A stretch of DNA of 64,000 nucleotides. Source: Alphaproteobacteria bacterium. Its GTDB lineage: Bacteria; Pseudomonadota; Alphaproteobacteria; UBA828. The position numbers were made by a program, and so were the translations under genes. Each line of letters begins with the position of its first letter. Positions within the stretch are counted from its first letter, which is position 1. The notes under the pieces are model-generated. The model was not told where the DNA came from and ran no database searches. It saw only the letters and a list, made by a program, of their open reading frames with translations. This document shows positions 17,975-27,385 of the stretch, piece after piece. The stretch covers positions 1,024,001 through 1,088,000 of the forward strand of contig CAXXMU010000001.1 of the NCBI GenBank assembly GCA_963667785.2, in the 5' to 3' direction.

Positions 17975-20900
17975 GCGAGGCTCCCGGCCGTCGCCGGCTC
18001 GGCGTCGATGTCGGCGGCACCTTCACCGACCTGCTGCTGGTCGACCACGCGTCGGGCGCCATGCACGTCGCCAAGGTGCCGTCGACGCCCGGGGACCAGT
18101 CCGAGGGCTTCATGGCCGGGCTCGCCCGGCTCGGCGAGGCGGTCGGCGGGTGCGAGACGGTCGTGCACGGCACCACGGTCGGCACCAACGCCGTGCTGGA
18201 GCGCAAGGGGGTGCGCTGCGCGCTGATCACCACCGAGGGCTTCCGCGACACGCTGGAGCTCGGCCGCCGCACCCGCCCGAACCCGTGGGGCATGGTGGGC
18301 CACTTCGAGCCGATCGTGCCGCGCGAGCGCCGCTTCGAGGTGGCGGAGCGGATCGACGCGTCGGGAGGGGTGGTGACCCCGCTCGACGAGGACGGCGTGC
18401 GGGAGGCCGCCCGGGCGGCGCGCGCGAGCGGCGCCGAGGCGCTGGTCATCCACTTCATCCACGCCTATCTCAATCCCGACCACGAGCGGCAGGCGCGGGC
18501 CATCGCCCGCGAGGCCTGGCCCGGCGTCCACATCACGCTGGGCTCCGACATCCTGCGCGAGGTGCGCGAGTTCGAGCGCGGCAGCACGGCCGCGCTCAAC
18601 GGCTACATCCAGCCCATCATGACCCGCTATCTCGCGCGTATCGCGGCCCGGCTCGAGGCCGAGGCCGGCGAGGCTCAGCTCCTGGTGATGCAGGGCAACG
18701 GCGGCATGATGACCGCCGGAATCGCCGGTGAGAAGGCGGTGCAGACGGTCATGTCGGGGCCGGCCGCTGGCGTCATCGCCGCGGCCCGGCTCGGCGCCGC
18801 CGCCGGCTTCCCCAATCTCATAAGCTGCGACATGGGCGGCACCAGCTTCGACATCGCCATCGTGCGGGGCGGGGTGCCGGCCACCACGACGGAGAAGGAC
18901 ATCGCCTACGGCATGCCGCTCCGCGTGCCCATGGTGGACATCCAGACCATCGGCGCCGGCGGCGGCAGCATCGCCCGGGTGGACGCGGGCGGCATCCTGC
19001 GGGTGGGTCCCGAGAGCGCCGGCGCGGCGCCGGGGCCTATCTGTTACGGCAGGGGCGGGCGCGAGCCGACCGTGACCGACGCCAACCTGCTGCTCGGCCG
19101 CATCGACGCCCGCGCTATCGGCGGGCTCGAGAGCGCGCCCGATATCGACGAGGTGCGCCGGATCGTCCGCGAGAAGATCGGCGACCCCCTGGGCCTCGAC
19201 GAAGCGGAGGCCGCGGCCGCGATCATCGACGTGGTGGACCACCAGATGGCGGGCGCGGCGCGGCTGGTCTCCGTGGACAAGGGGCACGACCCGCGCGATT
19301 TCGCCCTCTTCGCGTTCGGCGGCGCGGGGCCCATGCATGCCGCTGCCATCGCGGCCGAGCTTGGCGTACCCCACGTGCTGGTGCCGCGCTTTCCGGGCAT
19401 CACCTCTGCGCTCGGCTGCGTGCTCGCCGACGTACGCCACGATTTCGTACGCACCCTGCACCAGCCGCTCGAAGAGGTGGATGCGGCGGCAGCCGACCGA
19501 ATCCTGGCGGAGCAGGGGGCGGAGGGGCGGGCGCTGCTGGCCGAGGAGGGGGTCACGGTCGCCGCGGCGGAGATCGAGCACGAGGCGGACCTCTTCTATC
19601 GCGGCCAGAGCCACGTCTTCCGCGTGCCGGTCGACGAGGCGGGGTTTTCCGCCGCTGCCGTGCGCGATGCCTTCGCGGCGCTCTACCGCGAGCGCTTCGA
19701 CATCGTGCTGCCGGAGATGCAGCCCGTCCTCGTCAACCTGCGGACGACGGTGCTGGGCGTCCGGCCGCCGCTCGAGCTCACGCTCGCGCCGGAGGACGGG
19801 GCTGCGACGCTGGAGGCGGCGCTGATCGAGACCCGGCCGGTCCATTTCGACGGCGCCTGGGTGGAGACTCCGGTCTACCGCCGCGAGGCGCTGCCGGGGG
19901 ATGCGGCGATCGAAGGCCCCGCCATCATCCAGCAGCTCGACACCACGATCCTGGTGGAGCCCGGCGCGCATGCCCGCGCCGATACCCTCGGCAATCTCGT
20001 GCTCAGCGTGCCGCGGGCGGCAGAGGAGGTCGGAGAGGCCGGCGCGCGCGATCTCGACCCGGTAACGCTGGCGGTGATCGAGAGCGGCCTGCAGCAGGTC
20101 GCGAGCGAGATGGACCTGGTGCACCAGCGGACTTCGTTCTCGCCGGTGATCTCGGAGGCCTACGACCGCTCGAACGGCATCTACGCGCCCGACACCGGCC
20201 AGATCATCGCCCAGGGAGAGCTCGGCTTGCCCATCTTCCTCGGCGTCATGCAGTCGACCACCCAGGCGGTGATCGAGGCGCGCGACGACCTGGAACCCGG
20301 CGACATCGTGCTGGTCAACGACCCCTATTTCGGCGGCACCCATCTGATGGACGTGAAGATGGTGCGGCCCTTCTTCTATCGCGGCCGGCTCTGGGCCTAT
20401 CTCTCCAACACCGGCCACTGGCCCGATACCGGCGGCATGGTGCCGGGCGGCTTCCCCTCTCAGGCGACCGAGATCCAGCAGGAGGGTCTGCGCCTGCCGC
20501 CGGTCAAGCTGCACCGGCGCGGCGTGCTCGACGACGACATCCTGCAGATCGTGCTCGCCAACATCCGCGTGCCGGAGGAGCGGATCGGCGATATCCGCGC
20601 CCAGATCGGCGCGCTGTCGGTGGGCGAGCGGCGGCTCGCCGAGCTTCTCGACAGGCACGGCGAGGCCACGGTCAACCGCGCCATCGAGGTGCTGAAGGAG
20701 CGTTCGGAGCGGCGCATGCGCGCCCACATCGCCTCCATCCCCGATGGCGCGTACGCCTTCTCCAGCTACATGGATTCCGACGGCGTCGACGACGAGGCGC
20801 TGGAAGTGCGCGCCCGGGTCACCGTCGACGGCAGCGACCTCAGCGTCGATCTTGCCGGCTCCAGCCCGCCCTGCCGCGGGCCGGTGAACTCGGTCTGGGC

Positions 20901-21738
20901 GACCACGCTGGCCTCGGTCTATTGCGCGCTCAAGCACGTCTTCCCCGACGTGCCGATCAACGCCGGGTGCTTTCGTCCGATCGCCGTCGCGCCGCCGCAC
21001 GGCACCTTCCTCTATGCCGAGTACCCCCGGCCGGTCTCGGGCTGCGCCGCCGAGACCGCGCAGCGGATCATGGAGGCCGTGTTCGGCGCGCTCGGCGAGG
21101 CCATGCCGGAGCGCATGTTCGCGGCCCCCGCCGGGACCAGCGGCAACTTCAGCTTGGGCGGCGACGACCCGGCCGAGGGTCGCCGCTACGTCATGTACAT
21201 CTTCTCCGGCGGCGGCTACGGCGGCTGGTGGGAGGGCGACGGGCTCACCAATGGGTGCTCGTCGGTCGGCATCTCCAAGACCCAGCCGGCGGAGATCCTG
21301 GAGCAGCACTACCCCATCCTGTTCGAGGAATACGCGCTGCGCGAGGGCTCCGGCGGTGCCGGCCGGCACCGGGGCGGGTTCGGCGTGAGCTACCGCGTGC
21401 GCCTGCTCAGGGGCGAGGCGAAGGCGTCCTTCATGATGGACCACGGCCGCACCGGCCCCCACGGCCTCGCCGGCGGCCTGCCCGGCGCCTGCAACCGCAT
21501 CGAGGTGCGCCGCGGCAACGAGGTCGAGGCGCCGCCGCATCTCTCCAAGGGCGAGGGCTATCACCTGGCGCCCGGCGACACGGTCCAGGTGCGGACCCCC
21601 GGCGGCGGCGGCCTGGGCGATCCCCGCCTGCGTCCGCGCTCGCGCGTCGCCGCCGACATCGGCCGCGGCTATCTCTCCGAGGCCGAGGCGGCGCGGGATT
21701 ACGGCTACGATCCCGGCGCCGACGAGGCGGCGGAGTAG
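17971..21738 (+). CDS. Fused hydantoinase A/B - 5-oxoprolinase family ATP-dependent amidohydrolase
   Basis: GVDVGGTFTD, HGTTVGTNA, SGPAAG, DMGGTSFD, IGAGGGSI; B half NDPYFGGTHLMD, GHWPDTGG, TPGGGG. Confidence 0.9.
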   Translation: MSEAPGRRRLGVDVGGTFTDLLLVDHASGAMHVAKVPSTPGDQSEGFMAGLARLGEAVGGCETVVHGTTVGTNAVLERKGVRCALITTEGFRDTLELGRRTRPNPWGMVGHFEPIVPRERRFEVAERIDASGGVVTPLDEDGVREAARAARASGAEALVIHFIHAYLNPDHERQARAIAREAWPGVHITLGSDILREVREFERGSTAALNGYIQPIMTRYLARIAARLEAEAGEAQLLVMQGNGGMMTAGIAGEKAVQTVMSGPAAGVIAAARLGAAAGFPNLISCDMGGTSFDIAIVRGGVPATTTEKDIAYGMPLRVPMVDIQTIGAGGGSIARVDAGGILRVGPESAGAAPGPICYGRGGREPTVTDANLLLGRIDARAIGGLESAPDIDEVRRIVREKIGDPLGLDEAEAAAAIIDVVDHQMAGAARLVSVDKGHDPRDFALFAFGGAGPMHAAAIAAELGVPHVLVPRFPGITSALGCVLADVRHDFVRTLHQPLEEVDAAAADRILAEQGAEGRALLAEEGVTVAAAEIEHEADLFYRGQSHVFRVPVDEAGFSAAAVRDAFAALYRERFDIVLPEMQPVLVNLRTTVLGVRPPLELTLAPEDGAATLEAALIETRPVHFDGAWVETPVYRREALPGDAAIEGPAIIQQLDTTILVEPGAHARADTLGNLVLSVPRAAEEVGEAGARDLDPVTLAVIESGLQQVASEMDLVHQRTSFSPVISEAYDRSNGIYAPDTGQIIAQGELGLPIFLGVMQSTTQAVIEARDDLEPGDIVLVNDPYFGGTHLMDVKMVRPFFYRGRLWAYLSNTGHWPDTGGMVPGGFPSQATEIQQEGLRLPPVKLHRRGVLDDDILQIVLANIRVPEERIGDIRAQIGALSVGERRLAELLDRHGEATVNRAIEVLKERSERRMRAHIASIPDGAYAFSSYMDSDGVDDEALEVRARVTVDGSDLSVDLAGSSPPCRGPVNSVWATTLASVYCALKHVFPDVPINAGCFRPIAVAPPHGTFLYAEYPRPVSGCAAETAQRIMEAVFGALGEAMPERMFAAPAGTSGNFSLGGDDPAEGRRYVMYIFSGGGYGGWWEGDGLTNGCSSVGISKTQPAEILEQHYPILFEEYALREGSGGAGRHRGGFGVSYRVRLLRGEAKASFMMDHGRTGPHGLAGGLPGACNRIEVRRGNEVEAPPHLSKGEGYHLAPGDTVQVRTPGGGGLGDPRLRPRSRVAADIGRGYLSEAEAARDYGYDPGADEAAE

Positions 21739-21764
21739 CGAGGCGGGTTACCGGCGACGCGCGT

Positions 21765-22079
21765 TTAAGGAGCTGCCCGGCTCTCGGCGCGGGCGCGGAC
21801 ACGCGCGCGTATGTCCCTGCCGCTCTCGACCAGTGCCCTGGAGAGTTCATGGGTCTTCTGGGCATTCATCCAGAACTCCGGGCTCTGGCCGAAATAGGCG
21901 CCCAGCGCGATCGCGGTCTCCGCGCTGACGCCGCGCCGCTCGTGGACGATCTCGTGCAGGCGGGTCGCCGGCAGGCCGCTGTCGCGCGCGACGCCGTGAA
22001 CGGTGAGCCCCATCTCCTCGATCTGCTCCCGCAGCAAGGCGCCCGGGTGGGTCGCGATCCGATTGGTGGGCACTGACAT
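21765..22079 (-). CDS. higA: HigA family antitoxin
   Basis: THPGALLREQ, RLHEIVHERRGVSAETAIALGAYFGQSPEFWMNAQ. Confidence 0.88.
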   Translation of the reverse strand: MSVPTNRIATHPGALLREQIEEMGLTVHGVARDSGLPATRLHEIVHERRGVSAETAIALGAYFGQSPEFWMNAQKTHELSRALVESGRDIRARVRARAESRAAP

Positions 22080-22098
22080 CGGTGTCCCTCCTTACGCA

Positions 22099-22383
22099 TC
22101 AATCGTAGTGGTTGTTCAACGTCACCTCGAAAGCGTGCCCATCTTGCCAGCAGAAGCAGATCCGCCATCCCCGAGAAACCCGAATGCTATGTTGCCCTTC
22201 ACGATTGCCGCTCAACCGTTCGAGACGGTTTCCGGGCGGTATGCGAAGGTCATCGAGCCGCGCTGCATAGTTGATCCGGTCCAGCTTGTTCCGCGCACGT
22301 TTCAGGATCGATGGCGGAAAGGACGGCTCGCTCACACCATTGAAGACGTTTTCCGTTCGCCGGTCGGCGAAAGTCCGGATCAT
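22099..22383 (-). CDS. higB: HigB family toxin (plasmid maintenance killer type)
   Basis: MIRTFADRRTE, DLRIPPGNRLERLSGNREGQHSIRV...WRICF.W..HY. Confidence 0.9.
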   Translation of the reverse strand: MIRTFADRRTENVFNGVSEPSFPPSILKRARNKLDRINYAARLDDLRIPPGNRLERLSGNREGQHSIRVSRGWRICFCWQDGHAFEVTLNNHYD

Positions 22384-22398
22384 CCCACTCGCTTCGAT

Positions 22399-22427
22399 AT
22401 GATAGACGTTATACGCAAAAAGTACAA
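22399..22427 (-). promoter_or_regulatory. Putative sigma70 promoter of higBA (TTGTAC-N17-TATCAT) with imperfect palindrome
   Basis: AT-rich patch; exact 17-bp spacer; TTATAC...GTACAA inverted repeat. Confidence 0.6.
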
Positions 22428-22511
22428 TCAGGTGCCAAGGTGCTCAAGGATTGACGGGTGAGCTCACGGCATCGGGGGGGTCGGAGGGGTTCCGCCCCGC
22501 GCGCCCCGCCG

Positions 22512-22540
22512 TTGACTCGTGCGCCCCTTCTCTCCACACT
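22512..22540 (+). promoter_or_regulatory. Putative promoter (TTGACT-N17-CACACT) for the small Cys protein-hydantoinase operon
   Basis: Consensus-like -35 and -10 with 17-bp spacer, about 50 bp upstream of ATG 22592. Confidence 0.5.
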
Positions 22541-22591
22541 CCGGCGGCTTGTCGAGGGCCGGCGCGACGGGCCGGAGGCGGAGGGAGGCGT

Positions 22592-22807
22592 ATGCGCTTT
22601 TCGGACAACGGGTATTACATCGAGCGCTATGTGAAGTGCGACAATTGCGGCGTGCTCATCTATGACGAGGGGATCGCCGCCACCGTCAAGGGCAAGGACC
22701 AGCTCTTCTGCTCGGACTGGTGCGTCCAGTGGTTCACGGCGAGGGCCGACGGCGTCGAGCAGCCGCGCATCCCGCTGCCGAAGCAGGGCATTCACGAGAC
22801 AGGCTGA
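22592..22807 (+). CDS. Small Cys-rich putative metal-binding protein (CxxC...FCSxxC, TRASH/zinc-ribbon-like), 71 aa
   Basis: MRFSDNGYYIERYVKCDNCGVLIYDEG...QLFCSDWCVQWF; strong GGAGG RBS; host-like codon usage. Confidence 0.8.
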   Translation: MRFSDNGYYIERYVKCDNCGVLIYDEGIAATVKGKDQLFCSDWCVQWFTARADGVEQPRIPLPKQGIHETG

Positions 22808-22864
22808 GGGCGCGGCGGCGAACGTCACCCTCACTCGATCGGCCGGCCGGAAGGGCGGAGCAGC

Positions 22865-24904
22865 ATGAGCGATCTGGTCGGGATCGACGTGGGCGGCACC
22901 TTCACTGACTTCGTCCGCTACGATCCCGAGACCCAGGCGGTCGACGTCTGGAAGACCCTGTCGACACCGGCCGATCCCATCGAGGGGATCGTCGGCGGGC
23001 TCGACAGCTCCGGCAATACCGGCGCCATCGGCAACATCCGCTTCGGCACCACCATCGCCACCAACGCGATCCTCGAGCGCAAGGGCGCTACCGTCGCCTA
23101 CCTCACCACCACCGGCTTTCGCGACGTGCCCTTCATCCAGCGGGGCAAGCGCAAGAGCCACTACGACATCACCTGGATCAAGGCCAAGCCGCTGGTGAAG
23201 CGGCGCCACTGCTACGAGGTGGACGAGCGGATTCTGGCGCGGGGCGAGGTCTACCGTGCGCTGGATGCCGAGCGCGTCCGCGCCATCGCCCGCGCGATCA
23301 AGACCCAAGGCGGGGTCGAGGCGGTCGCCATCAACTTCCTCTTCTCCTTCGTGACGCCCGACCACGAGCGCGAGGCGCGGGCGATATTCGCGGAGGAATG
23401 CCCGGAGCTCCCGGTCAGCATCTCCTACGAGGTGCTGCCCAAGTGGAAGGAGTTCGAGCGCTCGTCGACCACCATCACCGACGCCTACATCAAGCCCGTC
23501 GTGAGCCGTCATCTGGGCACCATGCGGGCGCGGCTGGACGAGAAGGGCATCACCCGCCAGGTCGCCGCGATCAAGTCCAACGGCGGCGAGATGACCCTCG
23601 AGGAAGCCTCCCGGCACCCCATCCAGATGACCCTCTCGGGTCCCACGGGCGGCGTGGTCGGCGCCAAGCAGATCGCCCGCAGCGTCGGCGTGGACCACCT
23701 GGTCACCCTCGACATGGGCGGCACCTCGACCGACGTCTCCACCGTGGTCGGCGGCAACGAGAGCTTCACCACCAGCTTCGAGATCGAGTTCGGCCTGCCG
23801 ATCCAGATCCCCATGATCGACATCCGCACCATGGGCGCGGGCGGCGGCTCGCTTGCCTGGATCGACAAGGGCGGCATGCTGCGCGTAGGCCCGGAGAGCG
23901 CCGGCGCCAATCCGGGCCCGGCCTGCTACAGCCTCGGCGGCACGCAGGCGACGGCGACCGACGCCAACCTCGCGCTCGGCCGCATCAACCCGGCCAACTT
24001 CCTCGGCGGCGCCATGGCGCTCGATGCGGGTGCGGCGGCGGCGGCGATCTCCCGCGTCGCGGATGCGATCGGCAAGCCGGTCGAGGAGACCGCGCTCGCC
24101 ATGGTGCAGATCGCCAACAACAACATGATCGGCGCGCTGCGCTCGGTGCTGACCGAGCGCGGCCTCGATCCGCGCGACTTCACCCTGCTGGCCTTCGGCG
24201 GCGCCGGCCCGGTCCACGTCGCCGACCTCATGGTCAACGCCAATATCCCGAGCGGCATCGTGCCCAACCATCCGGGGCAGTTCTCGGCCTTCGGCTTCCT
24301 CATGACCGATGCCCGCGTCGATCTGGAGCGGACGGCGCAGATGACGTCCGCCGCCTTCGACCAGGACCACGCCAACCGCGTGCTCTCCGACCTGATCGGC
24401 GAGGGCGTCGCCGCGCTGGAAGAGCAGGGCTACACCAGGAACATCGAGATCCACCGCTCGCTGGAGATGCGCTATCTCGGCCAGAACCACGAGCTCGACG
24501 TGCCCGTCGCCTTCGACCGCTTCGACGAGAGCACGCTGCCGGGGCTGTGGGAGGCCTTCCACCGGGCGCACCGCGACCGCTTCAATTTCGACATTCCGGG
24601 CGAGAAGATCGAGATGACCTCGGTCAAGGTCACCGCGGTCTCGGTGACCGACAAGCCCACGCTTGCGGAAATCGGCGAGGCGGACGGCGAGCCCGTGCCG
24701 GCGGCGACGCGGCGGGTGCTCTTCGAGGAGGGCTGGGAGGAGACTCCGGTCCACGACCGGGCTGCGCTCCGTCACGGGCATCGCTTCGAAGGCCCCGTGC
24801 TGATCGAGGAGCCCGCCTCGGTCACCGTCGTCCGCCCGGGCCAGCCGGTGCGGATCGACCGCTACGGCAATATTCTGGTCGGCGAGATCGCGCGCCAGAA
24901 CTGA
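22865..24904 (+). CDS. Hydantoinase/oxoprolinase subunit A (HyuA/acetone carboxylase beta-like)
   Basis: GIDVGGTFTD, GTTIATNA, SGPTGG, DMGGTSTD, GAGGGS. Confidence 0.9.
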   Translation: MSDLVGIDVGGTFTDFVRYDPETQAVDVWKTLSTPADPIEGIVGGLDSSGNTGAIGNIRFGTTIATNAILERKGATVAYLTTTGFRDVPFIQRGKRKSHYDITWIKAKPLVKRRHCYEVDERILARGEVYRALDAERVRAIARAIKTQGGVEAVAINFLFSFVTPDHEREARAIFAEECPELPVSISYEVLPKWKEFERSSTTITDAYIKPVVSRHLGTMRARLDEKGITRQVAAIKSNGGEMTLEEASRHPIQMTLSGPTGGVVGAKQIARSVGVDHLVTLDMGGTSTDVSTVVGGNESFTTSFEIEFGLPIQIPMIDIRTMGAGGGSLAWIDKGGMLRVGPESAGANPGPACYSLGGTQATATDANLALGRINPANFLGGAMALDAGAAAAAISRVADAIGKPVEETALAMVQIANNNMIGALRSVLTERGLDPRDFTLLAFGGAGPVHVADLMVNANIPSGIVPNHPGQFSAFGFLMTDARVDLERTAQMTSAAFDQDHANRVLSDLIGEGVAALEEQGYTRNIEIHRSLEMRYLGQNHELDVPVAFDRFDESTLPGLWEAFHRAHRDRFNFDIPGEKIEMTSVKVTAVSVTDKPTLAEIGEADGEPVPAATRRVLFEEGWEETPVHDRAALRHGHRFEGPVLIEEPASVTVVRPGQPVRIDRYGNILVGEIARQN

Positions 24905-24945
24905 CCCCCAGCTCGGGTCCGCGCGCGGGAGGAAAGGAAGCCGTC

Positions 24946-26685
24946 ATGGACATGGTCACGATGAACATCATCGAATCCGCCATAGTCGCGATCTGCCGCG
25001 AAATGGGCGTCAATGTGCAGAAGACCGCCTATTCGACGATCTTTTCCGAAGCCGAGGACTTCACGTGCGCGCTCGCCAACGCCGAAGGCGAGATGATCGC
25101 CGTCGGCGAGTTCTGCCCGGCGCAGATCGGCGGCGTGCCCCTGCTCGTGCGCTCGATGGTGAAGGAGATTTCGCTCGACGAGATCGACGAGGGCGACGTG
25201 ATCGTCCACAACGACCCCTACCGCGGCGGCCTGCACACGCCCGAGCACACCATGTTCAAGCCGATCTTCGTCGACGGCGAGCTGATGGGCTTCGCCGTCG
25301 CCATCGGGCACTTCGTCGAGACCGGCGGCATGGTGCCCGGCGGCTTCCCCGGTGAGGCCACCGAGATCTTCCACGAAGGGCTGCGCGTGCCCCCGGTCAA
25401 GATCAAGAAGCGCGGCGAGGATGTGGTCGAGGTCTGGAAGCTGATGCTCGCCAACGTCCGCACCCCGCGCCAGAACTACGGCGACATTCGCGCGCTGATC
25501 TCCGCCGTCGACCTCGGCGAGGCGCGCTTGAAGGAGCTGATCGGCAAGTACGGCCGCGAGACCTTCCGCCGCACCGTCACCGACCTCATGGACTACTCCG
25601 AAGCCCGCATGCGGGCCGAGATCGGGGCCTTCCCCGACGGCTGCTACCGCTTCGAGGACGGGATGGAGGACGACGGCATCGAGGAGAAGGAGTTCACCAT
25701 CCGTTGCGCCGTCCATGTCCAGGGCGACGAGGTGGTGATCGACTACACCGGCTCCTCGCCCCAGGCGCTCGGCCCGATCAACGCCACCCTCGGCGTCGCC
25801 TGGTCGGCCTCCTACAACGCCATGCTGCACCTGACCGACCAGACGATCCCGAAGAACTCGGGCTGCTTCCGCCCGATCCGCGTCATCGCGCCGGCCGGCA
25901 CTCTGATGAACGTGGACTATCCCGGCTCCGAGGTCGGCGGCAACACCGAGACCCATCCCCTCATCGTCGCGATCATCCTGGGCGCGATGGCGCCAGCGGC
26001 GCCGGACCGCGTGATGGCCTCCGAAGGCACCACCCACGGCTGCTTCGTCTTCGGCGGCTACGATGCGCGCAACGACGAGCCCATCGGCGCGTTCGATTTC
26101 TCCTACGTGGGCTACGGCGGGCGCAGCTTCGCCGACGGCAACGACGCCACCGATTCGATCAACGGCAATTGCGCCAACACGCCGACCGAGGTGTTCGAGA
26201 CGCGCTTTCCGTGGATCGTCGAGGAATATGCGCTGCGCCAGGATTCGGCCGGTGCCGGCGCCCATCGCGGGGGCCTGAGCATCTCCAAGACCATGCTCTG
26301 CACCGGCGACGTGATGATCAGCCAGATGACCAACAAGCACAAGAAGGTCGCCTGGGGGCTCAACGGCGGCGGCTCCGGCATTCCGGGCGCGACGCTCTAC
26401 CAGAAGGAGGGCGCCAACCGCTGGACGACGGTCGGCGAGGCCTTCGGCAAGATCTCCACCAGCAAGTACTCGAATGTCCCGATCCGCCCTGGCGAGCGGG
26501 TCTCGGTCAAGGCGCCGGGCGGCGGCGGCTACGGCGAGCCGCGCGAGCGCGACCCCCGCGCCGTGGTGGAGGACGTGCTCGAGGGATATGTCAGCGCCGA
26601 GGCGGCGGCGCGGGACTACGGCTACGAATCGTCGTGGATCGCCCGCTACGGCACCGATGCCCCGCTGCCGGAGGCCGCCGAATAG
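24946..26685 (+). CDS. Hydantoinase B/oxoprolinase subunit (HyuB-like)
   Basis: ATG 24946 after GGAGGAAAGGAAG; KTAYSTIFSEAEDF, HNDPYRGGLHTPEH, GHFVETGG, PGGGGYG. Confidence 0.9.
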   Translation: MDMVTMNIIESAIVAICREMGVNVQKTAYSTIFSEAEDFTCALANAEGEMIAVGEFCPAQIGGVPLLVRSMVKEISLDEIDEGDVIVHNDPYRGGLHTPEHTMFKPIFVDGELMGFAVAIGHFVETGGMVPGGFPGEATEIFHEGLRVPPVKIKKRGEDVVEVWKLMLANVRTPRQNYGDIRALISAVDLGEARLKELIGKYGRETFRRTVTDLMDYSEARMRAEIGAFPDGCYRFEDGMEDDGIEEKEFTIRCAVHVQGDEVVIDYTGSSPQALGPINATLGVAWSASYNAMLHLTDQTIPKNSGCFRPIRVIAPAGTLMNVDYPGSEVGGNTETHPLIVAIILGAMAPAAPDRVMASEGTTHGCFVFGGYDARNDEPIGAFDFSYVGYGGRSFADGNDATDSINGNCANTPTEVFETRFPWIVEEYALRQDSAGAGAHRGGLSISKTMLCTGDVMISQMTNKHKKVAWGLNGGGSGIPGATLYQKEGANRWTTVGEAFGKISTSKYSNVPIRPGERVSVKAPGGGGYGEPRERDPRAVVEDVLEGYVSAEAAARDYGYESSWIARYGTDAPLPEAAE

Positions 26686-26710
26686 GGTAGCCCGGACGGG
26701 GGCGGGCGAG

Positions 26711-27352
26711 ATGGCTGGGAGCGACGGGGCCGGTCAGGCCTCGGCGGATACCGTCACCATCAAGAAGTACGCCAACCGGCGGCTCTACAACACCGCCACC
26801 AGCAGCTACGTGACCCTCGATACCCTGTGCGACATGGTGAGGAACGGCGATGACTTCGTCGTGGTCGACGCGAAGTCCGGCGACGATATCACCCGCCAGG
26901 TGCTGACCCAGATCATCGTCGAGCAGGAGGCCAAGGGGCATAACATGCTGCCCCTCAGCTTCCTCCGCCAGTTGATCCAGCTCTACGGCGACAACGTCCA
27001 GGCGTTCGTTCCGCGCTATCTCGAGCTCACCATGGAGACGTTCGCGCGCAACCAGGGCGATATCCGCGCGCGGATGAACGATGCGTTCGGCGGCATGCTG
27101 CCGGTCGAGGATATCGAGGCCATGACCGAGCGCAACGTCCAACTGATGAAGCGCACCATGGAGATGTTCTCGGGCGTCCCGGCCGGGCAGGCGGGCGCGG
27201 CGCCGAATGCCGCCTCGGGCGGAGATGCGGGCGACGACACCGGCGGCGACGGGGCGGCCGATGTCGGCGCCGTCATGGACAGGCTCGACAAGATGCAGCA
27301 GCAGCTCGACGCCCTCAGCGGCCGCGACCGGAAGGACGCAGACGACGGCTGA
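26711..27352 (+). CDS. phaR: Polyhydroxyalkanoate synthesis repressor PhaR
   Basis: TIKKYANRRLYNTATSSYVTL, DAKSGDDITRQVLTQII.EQE, LPLSFLRQLI. Confidence 0.92.
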   Translation: MAGSDGAGQASADTVTIKKYANRRLYNTATSSYVTLDTLCDMVRNGDDFVVVDAKSGDDITRQVLTQIIVEQEAKGHNMLPLSFLRQLIQLYGDNVQAFVPRYLELTMETFARNQGDIRARMNDAFGGMLPVEDIEAMTERNVQLMKRTMEMFSGVPAGQAGAAPNAASGGDAGDDTGGDGAADVGAVMDRLDKMQQQLDALSGRDRKDADDG

Positions 27353-27385
27353 GGGCGCGGCTCGTCCGAAGGAACGGGGAGAGGC

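Noticed and set aside
17809-21564. 1251-aa antisense ORF (likewise 53-1108, 9476-12106, 22409-24781, 41901-44789, 61370-63529)
   Set aside because: Shadow ORFs opposite motif-supported genes; expected from codon bias in high-GC DNA, with no recognisable motifs.
23398-26685. Apparent 1095-aa ORF suggesting a frameshifted HyuA-HyuB fusion
   Set aside because: Upstream part is an off-frame read of hyuA; hyuA has its own stop at 24904 and hyuB a strong RBS and ATG at 24946.
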